A DNA stretch of 32,000 nt, from NCBI GenBank assembly GCA_026387835.1, contig JAPLKZ010000011.1, positions 108,062 through 140,061 of the forward strand. Direction: 5' to 3'. Positions 16,314 to 24,448 of this stretch are shown piece after piece (position 1 is the first letter of the stretch; every line of letters starts with the position of its first letter). The notes beneath the pieces are model-generated. The model ran no database searches, had not been told where the DNA came from, and was given only the letters and a program-made list of their open reading frames with translations. This stretch comes from Candidatus Saganbacteria bacterium (GTDB lineage Bacteria > Margulisbacteria > WOR-1 > JAKLHX01). Both the position numbers and the translations under genes were made by a program.

Positions 16314-17028
16314 AGAGCGTACATACAGGGGGCTGGTAAAAAGCAAGGACCTTGTCTTGTTCGAGGTGGTCCAGGAAGAAACCGATCTTCTGATAAGCGC
16401 CGAAAAAGACATCCGGTTCAGGGCCGAAGACATCGTAAAGAAGATCAGGATAGAACTGACAAAATATATTATCAAGAACCCGGCATTTGAGACCTCTTTC
16501 GTGCCGGTAAAAGCTTCGCTAAACGCTCCTCAACTGGTCCGTTCGATGATCGACGCGTCGAAACGGTTCAACGTGGGGCCCATGGCTTCGGTCGCGGGGG
16601 CAGTTGCCGAAGCGGCCGGAAAAAAACTGCTCAGATATTCAAAACAAGTGATCGTCGAGAACGGCGGGGACATATTTATAAAAAGCTCGGAGCCGAGGAC
16701 GATGCTGATATACGCCGGTAAGTCGAAGTTCTCCAATAAGATCGCTCTTGAAATAGATCCGAAAGACACTCCCCTGGGTGTCTGCACTTCGTCAGGCACG
16801 GTCGGGCATTCTTTCAGTTTCGGTTCGGCCGACGCGGTAGTTGTAATCGCAAGATCAGCCGCGACCGCGGACGCAGCAGCGACAGCCATCGGAAACCTTG
16901 TCAAAAAACAGGATGATATCGAAGAAGCCCTGAAATTCGCCAAAAAATTCGGGAAATTGAAAGGCGTATTGATAATCAAAGATGACAGGATGGGGATGTG
17001 GGGCAAGATAAAGATCAGAAGGGTTTAA
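16306..17028 (+). CDS. UPF0280 family protein (ApbE-like superfamily)
   Basis: 240 aa. GPMASVAGAVAE...VENGGDIF...LGVCTSSGTVGHSFSFGSADAVVVIA.SAATADAAATAIGN matches my recollection of the UPF0280 family. Its ATG overlaps the gcvPA stop (ATGTATGA, 8-nt overlap). Confidence 0.8.
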   Translation: MYEERTYRGLVKSKDLVLFEVVQEETDLLISAEKDIRFRAEDIVKKIRIELTKYIIKNPAFETSFVPVKASLNAPQLVRSMIDASKRFNVGPMASVAGAVAEAAGKKLLRYSKQVIVENGGDIFIKSSEPRTMLIYAGKSKFSNKIALEIDPKDTPLGVCTSSGTVGHSFSFGSADAVVVIARSAATADAAATAIGNLVKKQDDIEEALKFAKKFGKLKGVLIIKDDRMGMWGKIKIRRV

Positions 17029-17048
17029 GCGAGCCGTCCGACCTCAGC

Positions 17049-17076
17049 TTGACAACAAATACCCAAGTGATAAAAT
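17049..17076 (+). promoter_or_regulatory. putative promoter TTGACA-16-TAAAAT (TGa extended) for the OMP gene, implying a ~160-nt leader
   Basis: TTGACA at 17049-17054, a 16-nt spacer, then TGATAAAAT ending at 17076. The next credible start codon is at 17241. Confidence 0.45.
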
Positions 17077-17100
17077 GTATATATAGTTTGGTGGTTATAA

Positions 17101-17110
17101 AAGGAGGTGA
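17101..17110 (+). promoter_or_regulatory. orphan perfect Shine-Dalgarno-like 10-mer AAGGAGGTGA within the leader
   Basis: AAGGAGGTGA is the exact complement of the canonical 16S 3' tail. No ATG, GTG or TTG lies 4-12 nt downstream (the next bases are aaaaactctccgg). Confidence 0.3.
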
Positions 17111-17240
17111 AAAAACTCTCCGGTTGCCATCAGATGTGCGTTCTGCCATTTTTTAGTAAAGTTCAAGAGGGAACTAGGATACTCTTAAATATTTGGATCA
17201 TGGCGGGGCCAAAAAATTTAAAAACCGGAAAGCAAACCAA

Positions 17241-17903
17241 ATGAAGAAATTAATAGCATTAGTATTAGCGGCATCTTTGATCGCGAGCTTGTCAGCATCT
17301 TCAATGGCGGCAGTTGCAAAGAAAAAGGTAGCTGTCAAAAAACCGGCGAAGAAAGTTGTAAAGCCAATAAAGAAAGCGGCCCCCAAAAAAGCACCGGTAA
17401 CCCCGTGGGTACCGCCAGCACCAGCACCAGTAGCTCCAGCACCGGCACCGGCTGTATCAGCCGGCATGGGAATGAGCTTGGGTGTTAACGTAGGCGTATC
17501 TGCAGGTCTTACGGCGATAACGGGCGTGCTCGATTATTCGATAGCGAGCATGATCCCAGGCGCGAAGGTGAGAATAGGCGGAGATTATCTTACAGGAAGC
17601 AATCTTAATGACACAAACCTGAAGGTAGTCACGCTGAAATTGGGCGGCGTTTACGCGCTCGATATGCTCAAATCATCGGCTGTGCCGATCGATTGGTACA
17701 TCGGAGGCGCGGTATCCGTGCCTGTGAAGGTCAGTGGTTCAATGACAGGTTCATACGGGCTTGAAGCCTATTTAGGCGGAAACTATATGATCCCTGACTT
17801 TGGCACGATCAACGGACAGGTAGGTTACTCGGCACTTAAGTACGGCGGAGAAGGAGCTGCGAAAGGCGTGTTAGCATCAGTAGGCTACGCTTACTCGTTC
17901 TAA
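17241..17903 (+). CDS. putative small outer-membrane beta-barrel protein with Lys/Ala/Pro-rich N-terminal tract
   Basis: I chose the start at ATG 17241. Signal peptide MKKLIALVLAASLIASLSASSMA, then KKKVAVKKPAKKVVKPIKKAAPKKAPVTPWVPPAPAPVAPAPAPA. A Gly-rich region of ~145 aa with alternating pattern follows, ending GYAYSF. A C-terminal aromatic Phe is typical of BAM substrates. Confidence 0.6.
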   Translation: MKKLIALVLAASLIASLSASSMAAVAKKKVAVKKPAKKVVKPIKKAAPKKAPVTPWVPPAPAPVAPAPAPAVSAGMGMSLGVNVGVSAGLTAITGVLDYSIASMIPGAKVRIGGDYLTGSNLNDTNLKVVTLKLGGVYALDMLKSSAVPIDWYIGGAVSVPVKVSGSMTGSYGLEAYLGGNYMIPDFGTINGQVGYSALKYGGEGAAKGVLASVGYAYSF

Positions 17904-17929
17904 TAGCCTGAGTTTTTGGAGTTTTATAG

Positions 17930-17962
17930 GGCCCTTGAAAAGTTTCGAGGGCCTTATTTTTT
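17930..17962 (+). terminator. rho-independent terminator after the OMP gene
   Basis: The sequence is GGCCCTTGaaaagtttCGAGGGCCttatttttt: an 8-bp stem including one G-U pair, then a T-run. It lies inside the 5' extension of the track ORF 17916. Confidence 0.75.
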
Positions 17963-18032
17963 GCCGATACAGACGTGTTTGAAAAGCTCTTTGGCTTGTG
18001 ATATTATTTTTTTATTATCCGACCGGGAAGGA

Positions 18033-19190
18033 ATGATGCGCAGCTTAAAAATATTATTGTTCTTATGTGTCCTTTTATTTATTTTTACAGGCAGCGCATT
18101 ATGCGCGGCCGCAGACCCAAAGGACGAGCTTAAAGACAAGCAGAAGGAACTGAACAGGATATACCAGGAACTGCTTATAAATAAAAGGAAGCTTGAGTCC
18201 ACGAAAGAAAAGGAAAGGGACGTTGTCGAGCGCCTGGTCATAATAAACCGGGAGCTGAAAAAAACAAAGGGACAGCTGGGCAGGGCGCAGTACCAGATAC
18301 AAAAGAACGAATCAAGGCTCGGTTACCTGAAAGTCTCGCTTGAGGAAGCAAAAAGAAAGCTTGATGAAAGAAACGGCTATTTAAAAAACAGGATCCGGGA
18401 GATCTATAAGAACGGGGGCATCAATTATCTGGATATGCTTGTGTCTTCGGATACGCTGGCAGATTTCATAAACAGGACATATTTTTTTGAAAAAGTGATC
18501 GGCAGGGATGCCGGCATAGTGAACGAAATAACGACCGAGCATACAAAAATAAAGACCGATAAGACAGAGCTCGAGGGGGTCACGGCTGATATAAAAAAAC
18601 TGGCGCAGTACATCGGCAATAAAAAACAGAACATAGAAAAACAGGCGGAAGAAAAAAAAGAACTTCACAAGGAGCTGGAGCAGCAAAGGATAGAGTACGA
18701 AAAAAAAGTGGCGGTTTTGGAGGAGACCTCGAACCAGATAGAACAGTTGATCAGGAAGATGATAGCTGAGCGGGCGATCAGAGGCGGGGTCTCCCCGCAC
18801 GGGACAGGCAACTTTATCTGGCCGGTGCGAGGCAGGATAACCTCACCTTTCGGATACAGGAGGAGCCCGTTCTGGAGGATGTCGCACATGCACACGGGCC
18901 TTGATATCGCAACATCTTACGGGACGCCCATACAGGCGGCTGACGGAGGCGAAGTCATATTTTCCGGATGGTGGGACGGGTACGGGAAAGCTGTTATCAT
19001 TGATCATGGCAAGGGGATATCAACGGTCTATGCTCATATGTCTAGAATATACATACAGAAAGGTCAGACAGTAATGAAAGGACAAGTCGTGGGATTAATA
19101 GGGTCTACAGGTTATTCAACGGGACCGCATCTTCATTTTGAGGTCCGCAAAAACGGTACTCCGACAAATCCAATAAGGTGGCTGCCTTGA
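18033..19190 (+). CDS. M23 family metallopeptidase with N-terminal coiled coil (EnvC-like murein hydrolase activator)
   Basis: I chose the start at ATG 18033 (MMRSLKILLFLCVLLFIFTGSALCAA, a signal peptide) with gggaagga upstream. A long coiled-coil region is followed by M23/LytM motifs HTGLDIA and GSTGYSTGPHLHFEVR. Confidence 0.9.
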   Translation: MMRSLKILLFLCVLLFIFTGSALCAAADPKDELKDKQKELNRIYQELLINKRKLESTKEKERDVVERLVIINRELKKTKGQLGRAQYQIQKNESRLGYLKVSLEEAKRKLDERNGYLKNRIREIYKNGGINYLDMLVSSDTLADFINRTYFFEKVIGRDAGIVNEITTEHTKIKTDKTELEGVTADIKKLAQYIGNKKQNIEKQAEEKKELHKELEQQRIEYEKKVAVLEETSNQIEQLIRKMIAERAIRGGVSPHGTGNFIWPVRGRITSPFGYRRSPFWRMSHMHTGLDIATSYGTPIQAADGGEVIFSGWWDGYGKAVIIDHGKGISTVYAHMSRIYIQKGQTVMKGQVVGLIGSTGYSTGPHLHFEVRKNGTPTNPIRWLP

Positions 19191-20437
19191 AGTCAAAAAT
19201 AAATAATAAAATAAAATATTTTTCCGCGTCATTGATCGTTGTTATCTTGTTCTGCTTTTTGACCCCCCGGATAGTCAAAGCCGCCGACGACCTTAATTCA
19301 AAACTCCAGGTGTTCATTCAGGTGCTTGAGATAGTTAAGAGCGATTATGTGGATAAGAACGTAGACGATCAAAAACTGATATACGGGGCGATAAAAGGCA
19401 TGCTCGAGTCCCTTGATGACCCGTACACCCGTTTCATGGAACCCACATCATTTAAAGAGATGAAAATGCGCATGAACGGATCATATTCGGGAATAGGGAT
19501 CTACATCGGTATCAGGAACAAGATCATCACTGTCATATCTCCGATCGACGGTACGCCCGCCGCAAAAGCGGGCTTGATGGCGGGCGACCAGATAGTCGCT
19601 GTCGAAGGAAAACCGACAAAAGATCAGGCGCTTGAGGAAGTCGTGAGCAAGATACGCGGACCAAAGGGTACTGCAGTTAAGATCGGGATACTGAGGTCCG
19701 GATGGAAAGCGCCTAAAGATTTCATGCTTGTGCGGGATAAGATCGTCGTAAAGAGCGTTGAAAAAAAGATCTTTAATGATACAGTCGGTTATATTAAATT
19801 AAATACTTTCGAAGACCTTTCCGCGGCCAAAGAAATGAGGAAAGCGATAAATGAACTTAAAGATAAAAAGATCGAAGGTCTCATCCTGGACGTGCGCGGC
19901 AACGGAGGAGGTCTTTTGTCAAATGCGGCGGAAATATCGAGCATGTTCCTGCCAAAGGACGCTGTTATAGTCTATACTGTCGACAGGAACGGGGAGAAAG
20001 AGGGCATAAGATCGTCCGGAGAACTGTTGTGGAACGGACCTATGGTAGTGCTGATCAACGAAGGAAGCGCGAGCGCGTCGGAGATACTCGCGGGTGCGCT
20101 CAGGGATAACAATACCGCACAGCTGATAGGCTACCATTCTTTCGGGAAAGCGTCAGTCCAGAGCGTAAGACAGCTGCCTGACGGATCAGCAGCGCTAATA
20201 ACAATCGCAAAATATCTCACCCCGAGCGGGCATGACATCTCTAAAAAGGGCATCATCCCTGATATCATCGTCAAGACGGGAAAAGAAAGCGAATCAAAGA
20301 CCGACATGTCCACGGAAGAGGCGGAGTTCATCCCGGTAGAAAAGCGCGACGAGAAAGATGTGCAGCTGAAAAAAGCGCTCGAGGTCATAAAACAGAAGAT
20401 CAAAGAATCGTCAGAGGAGAAAAAAGCATCCGAATGA
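19178..20437 (+). CDS. ctpA: carboxy-terminal processing protease (S41 family, PDZ domain)
   Basis: 419 aa. It has a signal anchor, a PDZ domain (GIGIYIG...GTPAAKAGLMAGDQIVAVEG), and the S41 catalytic region (DVRGNGGG, NEGSASASEILAGAL, GKASVQ). The GTG start overlaps the M23 gene by 13 nt. Confidence 0.92.
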   Translation: MAALKSKINNKIKYFSASLIVVILFCFLTPRIVKAADDLNSKLQVFIQVLEIVKSDYVDKNVDDQKLIYGAIKGMLESLDDPYTRFMEPTSFKEMKMRMNGSYSGIGIYIGIRNKIITVISPIDGTPAAKAGLMAGDQIVAVEGKPTKDQALEEVVSKIRGPKGTAVKIGILRSGWKAPKDFMLVRDKIVVKSVEKKIFNDTVGYIKLNTFEDLSAAKEMRKAINELKDKKIEGLILDVRGNGGGLLSNAAEISSMFLPKDAVIVYTVDRNGEKEGIRSSGELLWNGPMVVLINEGSASASEILAGALRDNNTAQLIGYHSFGKASVQSVRQLPDGSAALITIAKYLTPSGHDISKKGIIPDIIVKTGKESESKTDMSTEEAEFIPVEKRDEKDVQLKKALEVIKQKIKESSEEKKASE

Positions 20438-21492
20438 ATACTTTAGATGATCCGAAAAAGTTCAGAAAGACCGATAAAAGTGACATGGCCGGTTTGGTCG
20501 GCCGGTTTCCCGAGATGATGGAAGACGCGTTAAAGATCAGCCCCCAAGGGTCTTTGACCATCCAAGAAGGCATTAAAAATATCGTGATAGCGGGGATGGG
20601 CGGTTCGGCGATAAGCGGCGATATCACCGCAAAACTTCTCGAAGATAAGGCCGATATCCCCGTAAGCGTGATAAGGAATTACGACCTGCCGGAATATGCC
20701 GGCCCCTCAAGCCTGGTGTTCGTCCTGAGCTATTCGGGAAACACCGAGGAGACGCTTTCCGCTTTCGAACAGGCCTCTAAAAAAAAGGCATCCATAATCT
20801 CGGTCACGTCGGGAGGCGCCCTCAAGGAAAGATCAGCTTCAAATAAAATCCCTATGTTCCTGATCCCGTCCGGGCTTCCCCCGAGGGCATCGATGCCTTA
20901 TCTTCTGGTGCCCGTGCTCAGGGCTCTTAGCATTTGCAAAATGATGCCGGATATAGATCCTCAGATCGAAGAAGCCGTCTCGGTGCTTAAGGCGATGCGT
21001 TCAAAGCTTGACACGGGGAATGTATTTGAAAAGAACCCGGCAAAACAGGCCGCGTCTAAGCTCAAGGGAAAGTTCCCTCTCATATTCGGCACTCCTTCGG
21101 GCAGCGGAGTCTCCGCGTTCAGATGGAAAACGCAGCTTTCGGAAAACTCAAAGACCACCTCGGTCTGCAACACTTTCCCGGAACTGGACCATAACGAGAT
21201 AGTCAATCTCGGAGAACTGAAAAAAGGTAAAAATAATTATTGCCTTGTCCTGCTGAGAAACGGAGCTGACAGCGAGAGGATGGTCCTGAGGATAAATGCC
21301 ACAAAAAATATTGTTTCAAAAGGCATCGATGAGATCATCGAGGTCCCGTCCGAAGGGGACGGCCGGCTTTCAAGGATGCTTTCGCTGTGTTACTTCGGCG
21401 ACTGGGTAAGCGTTTATCTCGCGGTCCTCAACGGGACCGATCCAACGCCGGTCCATTCGATAGACAGGTTAAAGAAGGAGCTTTCGGCATAG
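20434..21492 (+). CDS. bifunctional phosphoglucose/phosphomannose isomerase (SIS domain)
   Basis: 352 aa. GMGGSAISGD, SYSGNTEET and FPELDHNEIV are characteristic of the PGI/PMI family. It overlaps ctpA with an ATGA. Confidence 0.85.
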   Translation: MNTLDDPKKFRKTDKSDMAGLVGRFPEMMEDALKISPQGSLTIQEGIKNIVIAGMGGSAISGDITAKLLEDKADIPVSVIRNYDLPEYAGPSSLVFVLSYSGNTEETLSAFEQASKKKASIISVTSGGALKERSASNKIPMFLIPSGLPPRASMPYLLVPVLRALSICKMMPDIDPQIEEAVSVLKAMRSKLDTGNVFEKNPAKQAASKLKGKFPLIFGTPSGSGVSAFRWKTQLSENSKTTSVCNTFPELDHNEIVNLGELKKGKNNYCLVLLRNGADSERMVLRINATKNIVSKGIDEIIEVPSEGDGRLSRMLSLCYFGDWVSVYLAVLNGTDPTPVHSIDRLKKELSA

Positions 21493-22554
21493 ATGAAAGC
21501 AATAATAATCGCCGGAGGGCTCGGCACGCGGCTCAGGCCGCTCACTTATAACAGGCCCAAACCGATGGTCCCGGTGATGAACAAGCCTTTCATCGTCCAC
21601 CAGATCGAGCTGTTGAAAAAATTCGGCATCACCGAAATAATACTCAACCTCCATTATCTTTCAGACAACATGGCGTTGATGCTCGGTGACGGGGCCGATC
21701 TCGGCGTAAAATTATTTTATTCTATCGAAAAAAATCCGCTCGGTACGGCCGGAGCAGTCAAGAACGCAGAGGAATATCTAGACAAAGACGACATAGTCGT
21801 CTTTAACGGCGACGTCCTCGCGGATTTTAACATCGCGGAAATAATCGCTTTTCACAAAGAAAAAAAAGCAAAGGTGACGCTGACCCTAACCTCCGTCGAA
21901 GACCCCACGCCTTTCGGGCTCGTCCTGGCCGATGAGAGCGGCAGGGTCACTAAGTTCGTTGAAAAACCGAGCTGGCAGATGGTGACGGCAAAGACAATAA
22001 ATGCCGGGCTTTATGTGATGAACCCCTCGGTATTCAAGTCCGTGCCGAAAGGCAGGCCGTATTCTTTCGAGAGGGAGCTTTTCCCGAAGCTTCTTGACAG
22101 CGGCGAAAAAGTCTATGCCGTTGTCTCAAAAGACTACTGGCTCGATATCGGAAGCCCGCAGAAGTACATGCAGGCCCACAGGGACATCCTGAACGGAGAT
22201 ATCCATGTGGTCATAGACGGAGAAAGGGTCGGCGGCAATATCTGGATAGCGCACGGCTCTGTAATCGACCCGTCGGCAAAGCTCCACGGGCCTTTGATGG
22301 TGGGGAAAAACGCGAACATATCAAGCAATGCCAGGTTGAACCAGTTTTCCGTCATCGGAGAGAACGTCAGGATACTCGAGGGAGCTTATGTGGAAGATTC
22401 GGTGATACTCAGGAATTCGATAATCGGCAAAGACGTCAAACTCAAAGATTGTATAATAGGTGAGAACTGCATAATCGAGGATTTTGCGGAGGTCGGCATG
22501 GGAGTCGTCCTGGCGGATTATTCCATCGTAAAAAAAGGGTCAAAGCTGGCATGA
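21493..22554 (+). CDS. NDP-sugar pyrophosphorylase (mannose-1-phosphate guanylyltransferase-like) with C-terminal left-handed beta-helix
   Basis: 353 aa. It begins MKAIIIAGGLGTRLRPLTYNRPKPMVPV, and hexapeptide repeats occupy the last ~100 aa. It starts immediately after the stop of the PGI/PMI gene. Confidence 0.85.
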   Translation: MKAIIIAGGLGTRLRPLTYNRPKPMVPVMNKPFIVHQIELLKKFGITEIILNLHYLSDNMALMLGDGADLGVKLFYSIEKNPLGTAGAVKNAEEYLDKDDIVVFNGDVLADFNIAEIIAFHKEKKAKVTLTLTSVEDPTPFGLVLADESGRVTKFVEKPSWQMVTAKTINAGLYVMNPSVFKSVPKGRPYSFERELFPKLLDSGEKVYAVVSKDYWLDIGSPQKYMQAHRDILNGDIHVVIDGERVGGNIWIAHGSVIDPSAKLHGPLMVGKNANISSNARLNQFSVIGENVRILEGAYVEDSVILRNSIIGKDVKLKDCIIGENCIIEDFAEVGMGVVLADYSIVKKGSKLA

Positions 22555-23729
22555 AAAAAGAAGAAGCGGCCGTAAAAAAGATAATCGCCGATGTCGAATT
22601 GACGGGCGACAAAGCGCTGGTGAAATATGCTAAAAAATTCGACAAAGTCAGCCTTTTACCTGAAGATTTCAGAGTGACGGCAGGAGAGATCGACGAGGCT
22701 TACAAAAATGCCGGCAGGGAATTCTTATCCGCGATAAAGACCGCGGAAAAAAATATCAGGGCTTACCACGAGAAGCAAAAACCTTCGCAGTGGTTCGAAA
22801 CAACGGCTGATGACGCGATCTTAGGCCTGCGCTCTATCCCGCTGGAGAGCGCGGGGATATATGTTCCCGGTGGCAGAGCGGCTTATCCTTCCTCGGTCCT
22901 GATGAACGCGATACCCGCCCGGATTGCCGGCGTCAAAAGGATCGCCATGGTCACGCCGTGCGGAAAAGACAAAAAAATAAATATCCATGTGCTGGCCGCG
23001 GCGAAACTTATGGGAATAAGCGAGATATACAGGATCGGAGGCGCCCATGCGATAGCGGCCCTGGCTTTCGGGACAAAAAGCATACCGAAAGTCGATAAGA
23101 TAGTCGGCCCGGGAAACATCTATGTGACGCTTGCGAAGAAACTTCTGTACGGTACCGTCGGCATAGACAAGCTCGCGGGGCCGAGCGATGTCGTCATCAT
23201 AGCTGACGGGAGCGCGGACGTAAGGTTTGTCGCGGCGGACATGGCCTCGCAGATAGAGCACGACCCGATGTCGTCGGCGGTGCTGATAACCCTGTCAAAA
23301 GAGACCGAGAGGGATGTAAAACATCAGTTAAAAAAACTCGGTGCCGTTAAAGGATCAAAATTCATCATCGCGAAAGACCTTGACGAGGCCGCGCGGTTCT
23401 CTAATAAGATCGCTCCGGAGCATCTGGAACTGATGGTAGCGGTACCGCAGAAGCTTCTTGAAAAAATAAAGAACGCGGGCGCCGTCTTTTTAGGCCCGTT
23501 CTCTCCTGTCGCGGTCGGGGATTATATCGCCGGGCCCAACCACGTGCTTCCGACGGGAGGCAGCGCGCGGTTCTCATCCCCTCTCTCGGCCGGCGATTTT
23601 GTGAAGCAGCAGAGCGTGATAGGTTATACAAAGTCCGCTCTCAGCAGGGCCAGGAAAGATATAAAGGTCCTCGCGGGCGTCGAAGGATTAAAGGCTCACG
23701 CGGCTTCCGTCGAGATCAGGTTCAAATAA
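22551..23729 (+). CDS. hisD: histidinol dehydrogenase
   Basis: 392 aa. IAPEHLEL, GDYIAGPNHVLPTGG and QIEHDPMS motifs are present. It overlaps the previous gene with an ATGA. Confidence 0.93.
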   Translation: MKKEEAAVKKIIADVELTGDKALVKYAKKFDKVSLLPEDFRVTAGEIDEAYKNAGREFLSAIKTAEKNIRAYHEKQKPSQWFETTADDAILGLRSIPLESAGIYVPGGRAAYPSSVLMNAIPARIAGVKRIAMVTPCGKDKKINIHVLAAAKLMGISEIYRIGGAHAIAALAFGTKSIPKVDKIVGPGNIYVTLAKKLLYGTVGIDKLAGPSDVVIIADGSADVRFVAADMASQIEHDPMSSAVLITLSKETERDVKHQLKKLGAVKGSKFIIAKDLDEAARFSNKIAPEHLELMVAVPQKLLEKIKNAGAVFLGPFSPVAVGDYIAGPNHVLPTGGSARFSSPLSAGDFVKQQSVIGYTKSALSRARKDIKVLAGVEGLKAHAASVEIRFK

Positions 23730-24408
23730 ACTTTCTTTTTATCCTGTTGAGGAGTTCAAGGGGATTGTCTTTTACCGCTTTTATCGCTTCCGCGTCATCA
23801 AGCCCGCTCTCTTTGGCGATATCGAACGCTTTTTCCTGTGTCAGAAAATCATCCGGGCCGTGGGCGTCGGTATTCACCAGAAGTTTTGCTCCGGCCTTAA
23901 GTGCCATGTTCGCGACATGCCTGTTCGTCTCTTTATGAGCGGGTTTTGAGGAAAGCTCAAGGCAGACATTGTTCTTAGCGGCGAGAATCGCGTCCTCCTC
24001 GGTAATATACCCGGGGTGCGCGAGAATATCTATGATGTCATATTCACTGACCGCGGCGTGATTGGTGCCTTTCATGACCGGCTCGGACGGAGTTTCCCCG
24101 TGGCAGACGATCAGCCTCGCGCCAAGCGTCCTTGCGTATTGCGCGAAACCGACAACTAATCTCGGGTCCACATGGGTGATCTCGATCCCGGGGATGAAAT
24201 CTATATCAAGCAGTCCCGCCTGTTTTTCGGTGAAGCGCAGAAGCTTTGAGATCACGGATTCCACGTTCGAATAATCGACATGGTCCGTTATCGCGAGCGC
24301 CTGAAACCCGAGATTTGAGGCATAGCGCGCGGCTTCGCTAGGAAGCAGCATCCCGTCGCTCAAAAGCGAGTGGGTATGGAGATCTATACGTTTGCCGAGG
24401 TCTTTCAT
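23722..24408 (-). CDS. PHP-domain phosphoesterase (possible histidinol-phosphatase)
   Basis: 228 aa, with IDLHTHSLLSDG, ITDHVD and NTDAHGPDD metal-binding motifs of the PHP family. Its 3' end overlaps the hisD 3' end by 8 nt (convergent). Confidence 0.8.
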   Translation of the reverse strand: MKDLGKRIDLHTHSLLSDGMLLPSEAARYASNLGFQALAITDHVDYSNVESVISKLLRFTEKQAGLLDIDFIPGIEITHVDPRLVVGFAQYARTLGARLIVCHGETPSEPVMKGTNHAAVSEYDIIDILAHPGYITEEDAILAAKNNVCLELSSKPAHKETNRHVANMALKAGAKLLVNTDAHGPDDFLTQEKAFDIAKESGLDDAEAIKAVKDNPLELLNRIKRKFI

Positions 24409-24417
24409 TTCAAGAAA

Positions 24418-24426
24418 ATGATAACA
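24418..24426 (-). promoter_or_regulatory. extended -10-like box TGTTATCAT, 9 nt upstream of the PHP gene ATG
   Basis: The minus strand reads TGTTATCAT, then tttcttgaa, then ATG (24408), with no Shine-Dalgarno. Confidence 0.3.
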
Positions 24427-24448
24427 TATAATAGAGTAATAAGACCAG

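Noticed and set aside
10914-19190. Upstream alternative starts given in the ORF track (10914 TTG, 17193 TTG, 17916)
   Set aside because: These extensions run through rho-independent terminators (10897-10926, 17930-17962) or lack a signal peptide. Internal ATGs at 10941, 17241 and 18033 give proper signal or anchor sequences with Shine-Dalgarno-like elements.
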